Below, one piece after another: positions 27,710 through 37,034 of a DNA stretch of 64,000 nucleotides. Origin of the DNA: a candidate division WOR-3 bacterium (GTDB lineage Bacteria; Hydrothermota; Tepidihabitantia; B3-TA06). Made by a program: the position numbers and the translations under genes. Location: positions 54,869-118,868 of the forward strand of contig CBFGKC010000009.1 in assembly GCA_965649265.1 (NCBI GenBank), given 5' to 3'. The notes under the pieces were generated by a model. It saw only the letters and a program-made list of their open reading frames with translations, was not told where the DNA came from and ran no database searches. Numbering within the stretch: position 1 is the first letter of the stretch; the number at the start of each line of letters is the position of its first letter.

Positions 27710-29584
27710 TTAAACCAGAACGAGGATGAATTCCAGCGCGAGCGCAAGAGCCGCGAGAATCAACAGGAACAAGGTAAGGCTTTTTGGAGCAGACATTTCA
27801 AGAGGATACACCCCCACCCCCGCCTTTTTTAACTCCAAGTCCTTGATCTTTGAGGAAGACGCTTCCCGGGGATCAGGATTAATTACAAAACTTTCCGGAC
27901 CTATCTTGTAGAGACCTGCCTCTGTGGTCGAAGCGAAACGGGCCTCGTAACCGTTGCTCGTGAACAGAGGAAACAACTCATATTGAACCGAAGGCGTCTC
28001 GACGACGACCGGCGCGGGACCCGGCAGTTTTACGGAAAGCGTGTCACCCACGTACGAGACACGATTAAACCCGACGCCTTCCGCAGAGGCAATGATTTTT
28101 TGCAATAAAACAGGGAAAAGTCCCTTGTAGACCATATCGGTATACGCGGGTGTAAATCTCGCCGCGACGTACGTGACGTCGAGAGCCGTATCGACGAGGA
28201 TAAAAGGAGCCCCGGAACTGAAGCGCGCGGCAATCACGGCGTCTCGCCGTTCCAGATGCGCATGCTTGAATATCTTCACCTGCGCCAGGTCCTTGTAGTC
28301 GATGGGAGAAAAGAAAGACGTGCTTTTGATCGTTTCGAATCCCGAGGATGAGGATTCGTTCACCTGCCCCGCTTCCCTGCCGAGCAGGACGAGTTGAGGA
28401 ACGCCCTCTCTTGCGACCGCAAGCGCCTTGTCGGGCAGGCCTTCCGCACCGTCCCAGATAACCAAATCGAAGTTCGCGAAGGAATACGCCGGCGCCGATT
28501 GCTCGGGGATTTCGCTCACGTCGAACCAGCCAAGGGCGTTCAAACCCAGAATGAGCATGTCGGAATCGGATTTGCGAACCAGGGCGACGCGAACGGCTCC
28601 TTTTTGGGGCGCAAGGACGAATCGCTCGTTATCCTGCGGGATCGAATCCTCATCGAGGCTTACGGAAAGAATCCCCGGCTCCGCCGGTATCAAGAAACCG
28701 ACACTCTTTTCGGTCCATTCGCCCGGCTCCGCATCTGAACCCACCCCCCCCTCCTTGCCTGCGTAACCAAGACTGACGACGCGCTCCTCTATCACCTGGT
28801 CGTCGGATTTTAAGTATATTTTAGTGTCGATTCTTTTTCCCGAACGCGAGAGCGCGACTTTCAGGGTCTGCGCCTCGCCGGGCAAGGGGAACTGGGGTTC
28901 CAGCGCCGCGTCGAGAATCGAGGTGTTTTGCGGAGGTGCTTTTTTATCCAGAAAACACAGCAATTTTATGTCCACCGGAACCCTCAAGTCTTTAAGAAAG
29001 GCGAGGGCGTGTTCCTGGCCGTCCGATACTATCGCGAGCCTGCGATCCGGTTCCTTGCTTCGCGCAAGAAGCACGAGGCCGGCCTTGTATGCACTTTCAA
29101 GATCGCGGCCGCTGGCAGAGACGGCCGTTTTCGTCAATCGTTCGACGGCGGATTCCGGATCGCTCCACGACGTGTCCCACAAGCTTCCGGAAGGCGTTAT
29201 CAACGCCACGCGGCTTTGCGGGGTCAATTCACCTGCCAGTCGTAAAGCCGTATTTCTCAACTCGTCGAACCGAGCCGAGGTCGAGTAGGAATCGTCGAGG
29301 ACTATCACGAGATCGGCCCTGGTGCGGCCTACGGGAAACCTCGCCTGGAATGAAGGACCGGCAAGGGCAAGAAGGATGGCCGTAAGAAAGAGAGTCCGGA
29401 GCAGAAGAAGGGCAATGTCGCGCAGTTTGAGCCATCTGAAGCGGCGCTCGCGCATGCGGCGAAGAAAGAAGAGTGAACTGAACTCCATCTGCCTGAGTTT
29501 CCGCCTGCTCAAAAGATGCAGCAGCGTGGGACCCGCGGTAAGGGGGAGCGCCAGGAGGAACCAGGGATGCGCGAAAGTAATCAT
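27710..29584 (-). CDS. BatA N-terminal double-TM plus von Willebrand A domain protein
   Basis: F.HPWFLL, LHLL..R...F.SL.FL, LALAGP, DDSYS MIDAS, SDGQ, C-terminal TM. Confidence 0.85.
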   Translation of the reverse strand: MITFAHPWFLLALPLTAGPTLLHLLSRRKLRQMEFSSLFFLRRMRERRFRWLKLRDIALLLLRTLFLTAILLALAGPSFQARFPVGRTRADLVIVLDDSYSTSARFDELRNTALRLAGELTPQSRVALITPSGSLWDTSWSDPESAVERLTKTAVSASGRDLESAYKAGLVLLARSKEPDRRLAIVSDGQEHALAFLKDLRVPVDIKLLCFLDKKAPPQNTSILDAALEPQFPLPGEAQTLKVALSRSGKRIDTKIYLKSDDQVIEERVVSLGYAGKEGGVGSDAEPGEWTEKSVGFLIPAEPGILSVSLDEDSIPQDNERFVLAPQKGAVRVALVRKSDSDMLILGLNALGWFDVSEIPEQSAPAYSFANFDLVIWDGAEGLPDKALAVAREGVPQLVLLGREAGQVNESSSSGFETIKSTSFFSPIDYKDLAQVKIFKHAHLERRDAVIAARFSSGAPFILVDTALDVTYVAARFTPAYTDMVYKGLFPVLLQKIIASAEGVGFNRVSYVGDTLSVKLPGPAPVVVETPSVQYELFPLFTSNGYEARFASTTEAGLYKIGPESFVINPDPREASSSKIKDLELKKAGVGVYPLEMSAPKSLTLFLLILAALALALEFILVLV

Positions 29585-30471
29585 CTGAGCCTTCTGCGCT
29601 TCTCGATGTAGCGGAAAAGCGCATGCTCAAGACTCTGGTCCGTTCGTATGGGGTTGTAATCTATGAGATGCTCCGCGCACGACGTCTTCAGGAGATTGCG
29701 GTATTCATCGAGGGCTTTGCGGTATTCCGAACGCACGAGCCGCGGATCGAGGCTCGCCTCCCTGCGGGTTTCCATGTCGACGAACCTCTGGGGACTCGTG
29801 AACTCGAATCGCTCCTCCTGAGGGTCGAGGATGTGGAAGAGTATAACCTCGTGCTTGCGGTGCCTGAAATGACGAAGCGCAAGCAGAACGTTTTGAGGGT
29901 CGTCGAAGAGATCGGAGAATATCATGATTAGCCCGCGCTTGCGGCTCCGTTCGGCCAGGCCGTGCAGGCTTTCGGCGAGGTTCGTTTCGCCGCCGGGGCG
30001 CAATTCCTCGAGTCTTGAAAGAAGAAGCTGAAGGTGATTGCGCGAGGAGCGGGGCGGAACGTATTCCTTTATCTTCGTGTCGAAGGTAGCCAGGCCGACT
30101 GCGTCCTTCTGCTTAATGAGAAGGTAGGCCAGCGCCGCCGCCAGCGTAGTTGCGTAGTCGAGCTTGGAGAGCGAGGACGACTTGTAAGCCATTGAACCGG
30201 ACGCGTCCACAAGAAGCATTGCCCGCAGATTGGTTTCCTCCTGGTATTCGCGGACGTAGAACCGGTCGCGCTTGGCGTAAACCTTCCAGTCGATGCGGCG
30301 CGGCTCGTCACCCGGGATGTAGGGGCGGTACTCGGAGAATTCGACCGAAAAGCCCTTGTACGGCGAGCGGTGCAGACCCTCGAGGAAACCTTCAACGACG
30401 AGCCTTGCCTTCAAGTCGAGCCCCCGCATCCTTGCAAGGGTTTCGGGCTTGAGAAGCTCTTCCCTCTTCAT
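29581..30471 (-). CDS. DUF58 domain protein (MoxR-associated vWA-like)
   Basis: GLHRSPYKGFSVEFSEYRPY.PGDE.RRIDWK, EETN, DASGSM, SDLFD. Confidence 0.92.
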   Translation of the reverse strand: MKREELLKPETLARMRGLDLKARLVVEGFLEGLHRSPYKGFSVEFSEYRPYIPGDEPRRIDWKVYAKRDRFYVREYQEETNLRAMLLVDASGSMAYKSSSLSKLDYATTLAAALAYLLIKQKDAVGLATFDTKIKEYVPPRSSRNHLQLLLSRLEELRPGGETNLAESLHGLAERSRKRGLIMIFSDLFDDPQNVLLALRHFRHRKHEVILFHILDPQEERFEFTSPQRFVDMETRREASLDPRLVRSEYRKALDEYRNLLKTSCAEHLIDYNPIRTDQSLEHALFRYIEKRRRLR

Positions 30472-31412
30472 GAAGACTTGGAGGAGGGCCTGGAGGAGGA
30501 GGGCGGAGAGGAGGGGTGCGAGGTACGCTTCAGGGGAACGTCGAACGAGGAGGACGAGGGTGTTGCGGGGACGGGGATGAGGCGGTTGTCGATGAGCCTT
30601 GCCCTGCCAAATTTGACCGCGAGCGCGAAAAGAACAGTACCTTTGATTTTCTTAACCTCCTCGAGGGTTTCCGGGTCGACGGCGGCAACGTAGTCGATGC
30701 GGTCGGGGTTTGCGGCCGCTATCATATCGAACATCCGCTTGAGGATCACTGAGGCGTCCCTCTGGCCGTCCGTGACCATCTTGTCAGCCTCGGCAAGAGC
30801 GCGGTTGAGGACGAGCGCTCGCTTACGCTCGTCAGGCGTGAGATAAGTATTGCGCGAGCTCATCGCAAGGCCGTCTGCCTCGCGCACTATATGGCAGGCA
30901 ACGATTCGGATGTCGAAATCGAGATCGCGAACCATGCGACCGATGACCGCGAGCTGCTGCCAGTCCTTTTGCCCGAAGTAGGCAGCGTGAGGCTTTACGA
31001 TGTTGAAGAGCTTGGCCACGACAAGGCTTACCCCGTCAAAATGGCCAGGCCTGGTCTTTCCACACAGGTGGCCGGTCAGGCGATGGACGTAAACGTGGGT
31101 GAGAGAGGGTTCGGGGTACATCTCCCCAACCTCCGGATAGAAAATTACATCCACCTTCTCCTTTTCCAGAAGAAAGCGGTCACTGTCAAAATCCCTTGGG
31201 TAGGCAGTCAGGTCCTCGCCCGGCCCGAACTGGGCAGGATTGACGAATACGCTCACGACAACGAGGTCGGCCTCACCCCTTGCACGGCGCACGAGGGACA
31301 TGTGCCCTTCATGAAGGTATCCCATTGTAGGTACAAAACCTATGCTCTTGCCTTCCGCCCTTGCTTCATCGGCCCAGGTCTGCATCTCGCGGACGGTTCT
31401 GATAATCTCCAT
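30468..31412 (-). CDS. panC: Pantoate--beta-alanine ligase with repeat-derived C-terminal tail
   Basis: FVPTMGYLHEGH, FVNPAQF, RPGHFDGV, FGQKDWQQ, DGLAMSSRN, RLIDN. Confidence 0.95.
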   Translation of the reverse strand: MEIIRTVREMQTWADEARAEGKSIGFVPTMGYLHEGHMSLVRRARGEADLVVVSVFVNPAQFGPGEDLTAYPRDFDSDRFLLEKEKVDVIFYPEVGEMYPEPSLTHVYVHRLTGHLCGKTRPGHFDGVSLVVAKLFNIVKPHAAYFGQKDWQQLAVIGRMVRDLDFDIRIVACHIVREADGLAMSSRNTYLTPDERKRALVLNRALAEADKMVTDGQRDASVILKRMFDMIAAANPDRIDYVAAVDPETLEEVKKIKGTVLFALAVKFGRARLIDNRLIPVPATPSSSSFDVPLKRTSHPSSPPSSSRPSSKSS

Positions 31413-31631
31413 GATTTCTATACTAGGCGAAGGCGGCAACTTGTCAACAAGTTCCGGCAGCGACTGTGAGATTGTCGGGATTTACTACAGCTTGCCGGTT
31501 TCGAGTACTTCCAAAGTCGTGGTTTTGCGAGAGTTCTAATAAACCAGGCGTGGAACGAAAATTGCTTGGATAATAACGAACAGGTATGATTAAGTATGGG
31601 TGGGCCGAAACACATATACTAAAGGAAGGAA

Positions 31632-32006
31632 ATGAATACATCAGTACGCTTTGAAAGACGGCTCGCTCAAGATGAAGTGGTGTATCGGCAGGGAGAAAGA
31701 AGCACTGAGATGTACTACGTGCGCAAGGGCAGGGTGAAGATAGTGGTAAAAGGCTGGGGAAACGAAACCCTTTTGACGGTTGTCGATGAAGGAGGCTTCT
31801 TCGGCGAGACGGCCCTGGTAGAGAACACGCCGCGAATAAACTCCGCGATCGCCCTGGAGGATACAGAACTTCTCGTGATCGACAGGGAATCGTTTGAAGC
31901 CAACCTTGCCTCGAACCCGGTGCTAAAGCATATCCTTGAGACACTGATCCGGCAGCTCAAGGATATAACCGCCCTCGTGCACGAAAAGGAAGTCGTGAAG
32001 ATTTAG
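31632..32006 (+). CDS. Stand-alone cyclic nucleotide-binding domain protein
   Basis: VYRQGE, GRVKI, FFGETAL...PR.NSA.ALED; no HTH. Confidence 0.85.
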   Translation: MNTSVRFERRLAQDEVVYRQGERSTEMYYVRKGRVKIVVKGWGNETLLTVVDEGGFFGETALVENTPRINSAIALEDTELLVIDRESFEANLASNPVLKHILETLIRQLKDITALVHEKEVVKI

Positions 32007-32064
32007 CGTGAATGGTCTGGGGAGGGCGAACGCCGGGGGAGCGTGGATAGAATGGAATTCTGCA

Positions 32065-32105
32065 GAGGGGGGCTGAGGAGGGCGGAGGGGGGCGGAGGAG
32101 GGCTG
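32065..32105. repeat. Motif B tract
   Basis: GAGGGGGGCT GAGGAGGGCG GAGGGGGGCG GAGGAGGGCT. Confidence 0.75.
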
Positions 32106-32303
32106 TATGGAAAACTTGCAGCATGTATTAAAGATGTACACTCATACCCGCATATCGAGAGGGAGGGGGGCCGCGACGATGGGAGAGCGGGTTTCACACG
32201 CCTGAGCACAAAGGTGAGTGCAAGTCCGCCCTCCCCCTTTTTTGCCCCTTGACATATCCCTGCCCCGGCGTAATGTAGGCTGATTACATAACTGGAGGTA
32301 CAC

Positions 32304-33716
32304 TTGAAGCGAGTGATTGTTACAAGCCTGATAAGCTTTATGTCTCTCCTCGCTGGCTGGTGGGGCACATACGGCGGCGACCTTGAAGAGTATGGAAACT
32401 ATATCCTCAAAACAACAGATGGAAATTACCTGCTTGCCGGCAGCACAGAATCGTTCGGCCCGGTGTACGGTAAATCAGCGGCATGGCTCATGAAGATTGA
32501 TTCTTCAGGAGATACCCTCTGGACCCGCTCTTTTCCCATGGACTCCGAGACGGTTACGACCGCCAAAATGATTCTTGAAGAAGAGGACAGCGGTTACGTT
32601 TTTATCGGTGACGGAGATCGGGGGAGCATACTCGTGAGAACGAATAAAGATGGTGATACACTCTGGACGCGAAGGTATGGCTCATCGTTGGATCTTACCT
32701 GGCCTAATTATATTGAAAAGACCGGTGACGGCGGTTACGCGATAACTGGAAGGGCTTATTTATCCGACTACAACTATTATTTGTGGATACTGAAGACCGA
32801 TTCCTGTGGTGACAGCCTCTGGGCTAAACTATATGCAGGTGACGACTTCTCCGGTAATTGTGGAAAATACATATTCGAAACGGATGACGGCGGCTACGTA
32901 GTACTTGGAGAAATAGGTGAGATTACCGATAAGAGTGAAACCAACATTTGGTTCCTGAGAACGGATTCTCTCGGAGATACACTCTGGACAAGAATCATTG
33001 GAAGAGAAAACGGTTCCTATGATGTTGTTTACAGCGTGTGCCCCGACGAAGACGGCGGCTACACCATTTTTGCCAGCCTCGATTCGGTTACATGTTTTCT
33101 AAAGATGGATTTTATGGGGAACGTCGTCTTCGAAAAAAAATATGAACCATTATTCGCAATCAGGGCAACATCATTTAAAACACTGCCCGGAGATAAAGGT
33201 TATGTCCTCTGCGGCTACCTGAGGGAATCTTTCATAATGAAAGTTGACACTGCTGGCGAAGAAATAGGGATTAACTATTTCCCTGGCCCAAGCAACGACT
33301 ATCTAAATTCACTCGAGTTGACAGAAAACGCAGGATTCATCGCCGTAGGTTCGACCTCATCATGGGGAGCAGGAATGAGCGATATCTGGATTGTGTGTAT
33401 AGACTCCCTCGGCGACACACTCGGCGTCTACGAGCCCTCCTCACCCGTAACACACCCACCCTCCCCCGTAACCCCAGTAACACCCCGTCTCGAAATATCC
33501 TCACCAATTAATTCGGAGATCACCCTGCGATATTCCCTGAACCTGAGCGAGCGTGGGACCCTCAAGCTCTTCGACGCCTCGGGCAGGATGGTTTCAAGCA
33601 TCTGCGTTCACGGGCAAGGCGAGGTGAAGGTCGCAGCACTCACCCCGGGCGTCTACTTCGCCCGGCTGGAGGCGGAAGGATTGCGAGTTACGCAGAAAGT
33701 GGTCATTCTGAGATAG
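32304..33716 (+). CDS. Secreted beta-propeller repeat protein (GDTLWTR repeats) with T9SS-type C-terminal domain
   Basis: TTGACA-N16-TAATGT promoter, GGAGG RBS, repeated DGGY...G / WxxKTDSxGDTLW, C-terminal FDASGR..GVYFARL..KVVILR. Confidence 0.82.
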   Translation: MKRVIVTSLISFMSLLAGWWGTYGGDLEEYGNYILKTTDGNYLLAGSTESFGPVYGKSAAWLMKIDSSGDTLWTRSFPMDSETVTTAKMILEEEDSGYVFIGDGDRGSILVRTNKDGDTLWTRRYGSSLDLTWPNYIEKTGDGGYAITGRAYLSDYNYYLWILKTDSCGDSLWAKLYAGDDFSGNCGKYIFETDDGGYVVLGEIGEITDKSETNIWFLRTDSLGDTLWTRIIGRENGSYDVVYSVCPDEDGGYTIFASLDSVTCFLKMDFMGNVVFEKKYEPLFAIRATSFKTLPGDKGYVLCGYLRESFIMKVDTAGEEIGINYFPGPSNDYLNSLELTENAGFIAVGSTSSWGAGMSDIWIVCIDSLGDTLGVYEPSSPVTHPPSPVTPVTPRLEISSPINSEITLRYSLNLSERGTLKLFDASGRMVSSICVHGQGEVKVAALTPGVYFARLEAEGLRVTQKVVILR

Positions 33717-33721
33717 CCCTT

Positions 33722-34080
33722 TTCATCTGCGAGCTAGCCGCTGGGGGCGGCATGGGCAGAAGCAAAACTTCCGCAGTCAAGCGACTGTGGCGATCTCCTG
33801 GCACAAAGCTCGAAACTCACTGGATACATTTATAGATTAATGCGATTGCTTCGTCCTCCCGGGGAGTCCTCGCAATGACGTTGGTTTTTGTATAATAAAA
33901 AGGGTAGTCTTTGCGAGTGTCGCTGTGAGCGACCGAAGCAATCTATTCCCGGAGGGAATGTACCTTATTAAGGAGCATTTTCGTCAAGACGAAAATAGAG
34001 TGCTCCCCTACTCGGGGTCCCCAAAGGAGTGCCGGAGGCAATCCTTTGGGGTGATCTTTTACCCTGAAATCACCCCAAAA
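33722..34080. repeat. Cluster of palindromic repeats, including the GATTGCTTCGTC..CCTCGCAATGAC / GTC.TTGCGAG..CGAAGCAATCT pair
   Basis: Inverted pair 33844-33879 / 33907-33944; further hairpins near 33970-34005 and 34045-34079. Confidence 0.7.
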
Positions 34081-34110
34081 ATTACTCGATTTTGACCTCA
34101 AAAACCCTGT

Positions 34111-34183
34111 TTTGTCCATCTTTTGACCATCTTTTGTCCTACTTAGTTATCCACATTTTTGACGCGCTGCGTTAATCCTGACC
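34111..34183. repeat. Copy 2 of the 11-mer array (three units) plus DnaA box module
   Basis: Matches 4091-4174; TTATCCACA at 34147-34155. Confidence 0.85.
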
Positions 34184-34214
34184 GGGGTTTTAGCATAGAT
34201 TCGAGGTGAACTAT

Positions 34215-34242
34215 TTGACAAATCCGACCCGGACGATATAAT
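34215..34242 (+). promoter_or_regulatory. Perfect-consensus sigma70 promoter
   Basis: TTGACA-N16-TATAAT. Confidence 0.8.
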
Positions 34243-34248
34243 TACTCA

Positions 34249-34387
34249 TCTTGATTTTCATACTTAATGGAGGAGATTTTAATTTTCCGAGGGCGTAACC
34301 GATGGTAAATGTGAAAACGCGTGTTTCAAGTCGTGCGTGTAAGTTGATGACTTGCAAGGAGATAACGCGCGCAACGCATTTACCCTC
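34249..34387 (+). ncRNA. Candidate structured RNA (unknown family) or 5' leader
   Basis: Three-segment hairpin at 34304-34384 with G.U pairs on the + strand, downstream of a consensus promoter. Confidence 0.35.
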
Positions 34388-34415
34388 TTGACAAGCCGGG
34401 CTCTTTGTTTATACT
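34388..34415 (+). promoter_or_regulatory. sigma70-type promoter for the SBBP gene
   Basis: TTGACA-N16-TATACT. Confidence 0.7.
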
Positions 34416-34518
34416 TATCCTTAAATAGGAATCAATCTTATTAACCCGGGACTACAGGAGATCCCTAGGTGGGCATAGGAACTATCAATTGCAACTTGAA
34501 GTTTGCAAGGAGTAAACC

Positions 34519-36183
34519 ATGAGAGGGATTATATCTCTTTTACTAGCTTGCGGGGTTAGCGTTGCTTATGCGGCAAGGATTAATGTCATTTGGAACCAGA
34601 CCGACGATGTCGCATCTAATGACAGGCCTTACGGAATAGCCTTGGACAGTACGAAGGAAAAATGCATATACGTTGCAGGCAAGGCTGATTCAGGCTCAAC
34701 AAGTTCCCAGACATTGAAATACAGTGACAACGGCATATTACAGTGGAATAAACCCTTTACAGCCAGCCCAACCGTGGCTTGCGACGTGGCCGCATTGCAG
34801 GATTTCATTTACGTTGTCGGCTATCGTTTTAATGGAATCAATAATGACTTGCTTGTGGTTAAATACGATGCTAACGGTGATACAGTATGGATGAGGACTT
34901 ACGATTCAGGAATTGAAGATCAGGCTTCAGGCGTTGCCGTTGACGGAATAAGCCTTTACGTAACCGGCTCTTCCTCTACGTTGTTAAATTCCAAATTCGT
35001 AACCATAAAATTCGACCAAGACGGCGATACGGTCTGGACAAAAACATACGACGTATCAGGTTACGATGAGGCTACGAGCATAACCCTGGACGAGGATTTC
35101 GTCTATGTTGCCGGATACACGAAGAACACTACAAACGATGATTTCAGGGTAATCAAGTACAATAAGTCGGGAAGCCTCCAGTGGAACAGGACTTACAACA
35201 GTGGAAAAACCGACAGGGCAAATGGCGTAGCGGTAGACAGCAAGGGCAACGTTTACGTCACAGGCAGATGCGAACAAGCCCTTAACGGGGATTTCTTTAC
35301 TATAAAATGCGACCCGAACGGCGATTCTTTATGGGCCAAGGTATACAACGGCGGGCAAGATGACGGAGCAAATGGAATAGCAATCAACAGGGATAGAATA
35401 TACGTAACCGGCTACACCCACATAGGAACGAATAACGATTTCCTTACCATAAGATACGCCACCAATGGAGATACCGTATGGACTTACCGCTACAACAGCG
35501 GTGACAACGACATAGCATACGATATCGTAACCGGTTCGGATATGTTGTACCTGACCGGGGTTCACGATTACGGTACAAACTCCGATTTCAGAACCATGAA
35601 GCTGCAGGAAAGCGAAATATCCTTAACTTCTCCGAACGGCTCCGAGACATGGCCCATAGGCTCCGTACACGAGATTACATGGAACAGCATAGGGGCCACA
35701 GACAGTATTCTGCTTGAATTTAGAAATGAATCTACTACTAATCTGGATACTATTGCCGTCGCACCCAACACAGGCTCATACTCCTGGTCTGTCCCGAACA
35801 AACCAGGGGTATTAACCAAGGTGTTCATTTCAGACGCCAGCGACTACACAGGAATCAGAGACTCGAGCGATAATTACTTCTCTATTGCTTCAACCGGAAT
35901 AGAAGAAGAAGCACTTCCTATCATTTACATCGGAATCGAAAATCCTATTAACCCTGTCATCCGTTACCTGATACCCGACGACGTGCACAACCCGAGTCTG
36001 AAGATATACTCCTCTGACGGCCGTATGGTCAATGATCTTTCATCAAGTATTCTTTCGAAAACAGGAACCATCACATGGAATGGCTTCGACTCCAGAGGCA
36101 TCAGATTGCCGCGCGGTCTCTACTTCGTAAGGATCAGCAGTTCCGCAAGTTGCTCTATCGTAAAGTACGTTTTGACATACTAG
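34519..36183 (+). CDS. Secreted SBBP-like beta-propeller protein with Ig-like and T9SS/FlgD-type C-terminal domains
   Basis: Repeats AxGxAVD..GNVYVTG..DFxTIKY..GDTVW; SPNGSETW; WNGFDSRG..LPRGLYFVR. Confidence 0.85.
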   Translation: MRGIISLLLACGVSVAYAARINVIWNQTDDVASNDRPYGIALDSTKEKCIYVAGKADSGSTSSQTLKYSDNGILQWNKPFTASPTVACDVAALQDFIYVVGYRFNGINNDLLVVKYDANGDTVWMRTYDSGIEDQASGVAVDGISLYVTGSSSTLLNSKFVTIKFDQDGDTVWTKTYDVSGYDEATSITLDEDFVYVAGYTKNTTNDDFRVIKYNKSGSLQWNRTYNSGKTDRANGVAVDSKGNVYVTGRCEQALNGDFFTIKCDPNGDSLWAKVYNGGQDDGANGIAINRDRIYVTGYTHIGTNNDFLTIRYATNGDTVWTYRYNSGDNDIAYDIVTGSDMLYLTGVHDYGTNSDFRTMKLQESEISLTSPNGSETWPIGSVHEITWNSIGATDSILLEFRNESTTNLDTIAVAPNTGSYSWSVPNKPGVLTKVFISDASDYTGIRDSSDNYFSIASTGIEEEALPIIYIGIENPINPVIRYLIPDDVHNPSLKIYSSDGRMVNDLSSSILSKTGTITWNGFDSRGIRLPRGLYFVRISSSASCSIVKYVLTY

Positions 36184-36224
36184 CAGGCTTGACATAGTTC
36201 AACCGCCGCGTATTCTTCAACAGC

Positions 36225-36836
36225 ATGGAGGATACAGTATCACCGTGGAGTAGCATTAAAACACGCGGGCTGACTCTGATTCAATTCAAGCAATACCTTT
36301 TCAAAACGAAAGGAATTCTGAAGGCCGAGGAGGTTATTTCGCGCCTGCCTTTAGCGATCGCAGATTCCCTCTACAACGTTAAAAAGAGCGAGTGGTATCC
36401 TTTCGAATATCAACGACTGCTCAGAGAAGCGATTGTTAAGGAAATTGATCCATCTGATCCTGATGGAGTTATCTTCCGCATGGGGTTGACCACTGCTTCA
36501 TGGGATTTTTCCGGTTTCCTTAAACCACTCTTTTCCTTTATACCTCTTGAGACCCTGCTTAACAGAACCGCGTCACTCTGGAGCAAGTACTACGATAAAG
36601 GCGAGATGAGGGTTAGGGCCGCCCGGGAAACCTCTGCCGTCCTGGAACTTTCCTCTTTTCCCTCCGATCAGTACTTCTGCCCGGTTGTGACATCCTGGTT
36701 GAAAGTGGCACTCGAAGCTTTGAAAAAACCTAATTCGAGTGTAACCCACGATACTTGCATCCACAAGGGCGATTCCCTGTGTCGTTTCGAACTGCGCTGG
36801 GATCAAATTACGAATATGAAGAGAAAAGCTGTGTAA
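36225..36836 (+). CDS. DUF2378/TIGR02265-like protein with V4R-type C-terminus
   Basis: EWYP, LWSKYYDKG, CIHKGDSLCRFELRW. Confidence 0.6.
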   Translation: MEDTVSPWSSIKTRGLTLIQFKQYLFKTKGILKAEEVISRLPLAIADSLYNVKKSEWYPFEYQRLLREAIVKEIDPSDPDGVIFRMGLTTASWDFSGFLKPLFSFIPLETLLNRTASLWSKYYDKGEMRVRAARETSAVLELSSFPSDQYFCPVVTSWLKVALEALKKPNSSVTHDTCIHKGDSLCRFELRWDQITNMKRKAV

Positions 36837-37034
36837 AAAAATTCTGAAGGGGGGGCGGAGAACCAGCACGCAACCGGGAGATTTAACAGTAACCCACAGA
36901 CCCGATCCGACCAAGAATGTGAAATAAAAAAAAGGCAAGCGCGTAAATATAACGTCAAGTTGACATTTTGAGCCTTAAAAGAGTAATAGTATCATCTTCT
37001 TGACTTTTCGTGAAATCTGTGTTTCATTAGGTTT

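Noticed and set aside
36840-36940. Possible SRP, tRNA-like or other ncRNA between the V4R-like gene and plsC
   Set aside because: No SRP GGAA/AGCAG motif, cloverleaf or convincing promoter found.
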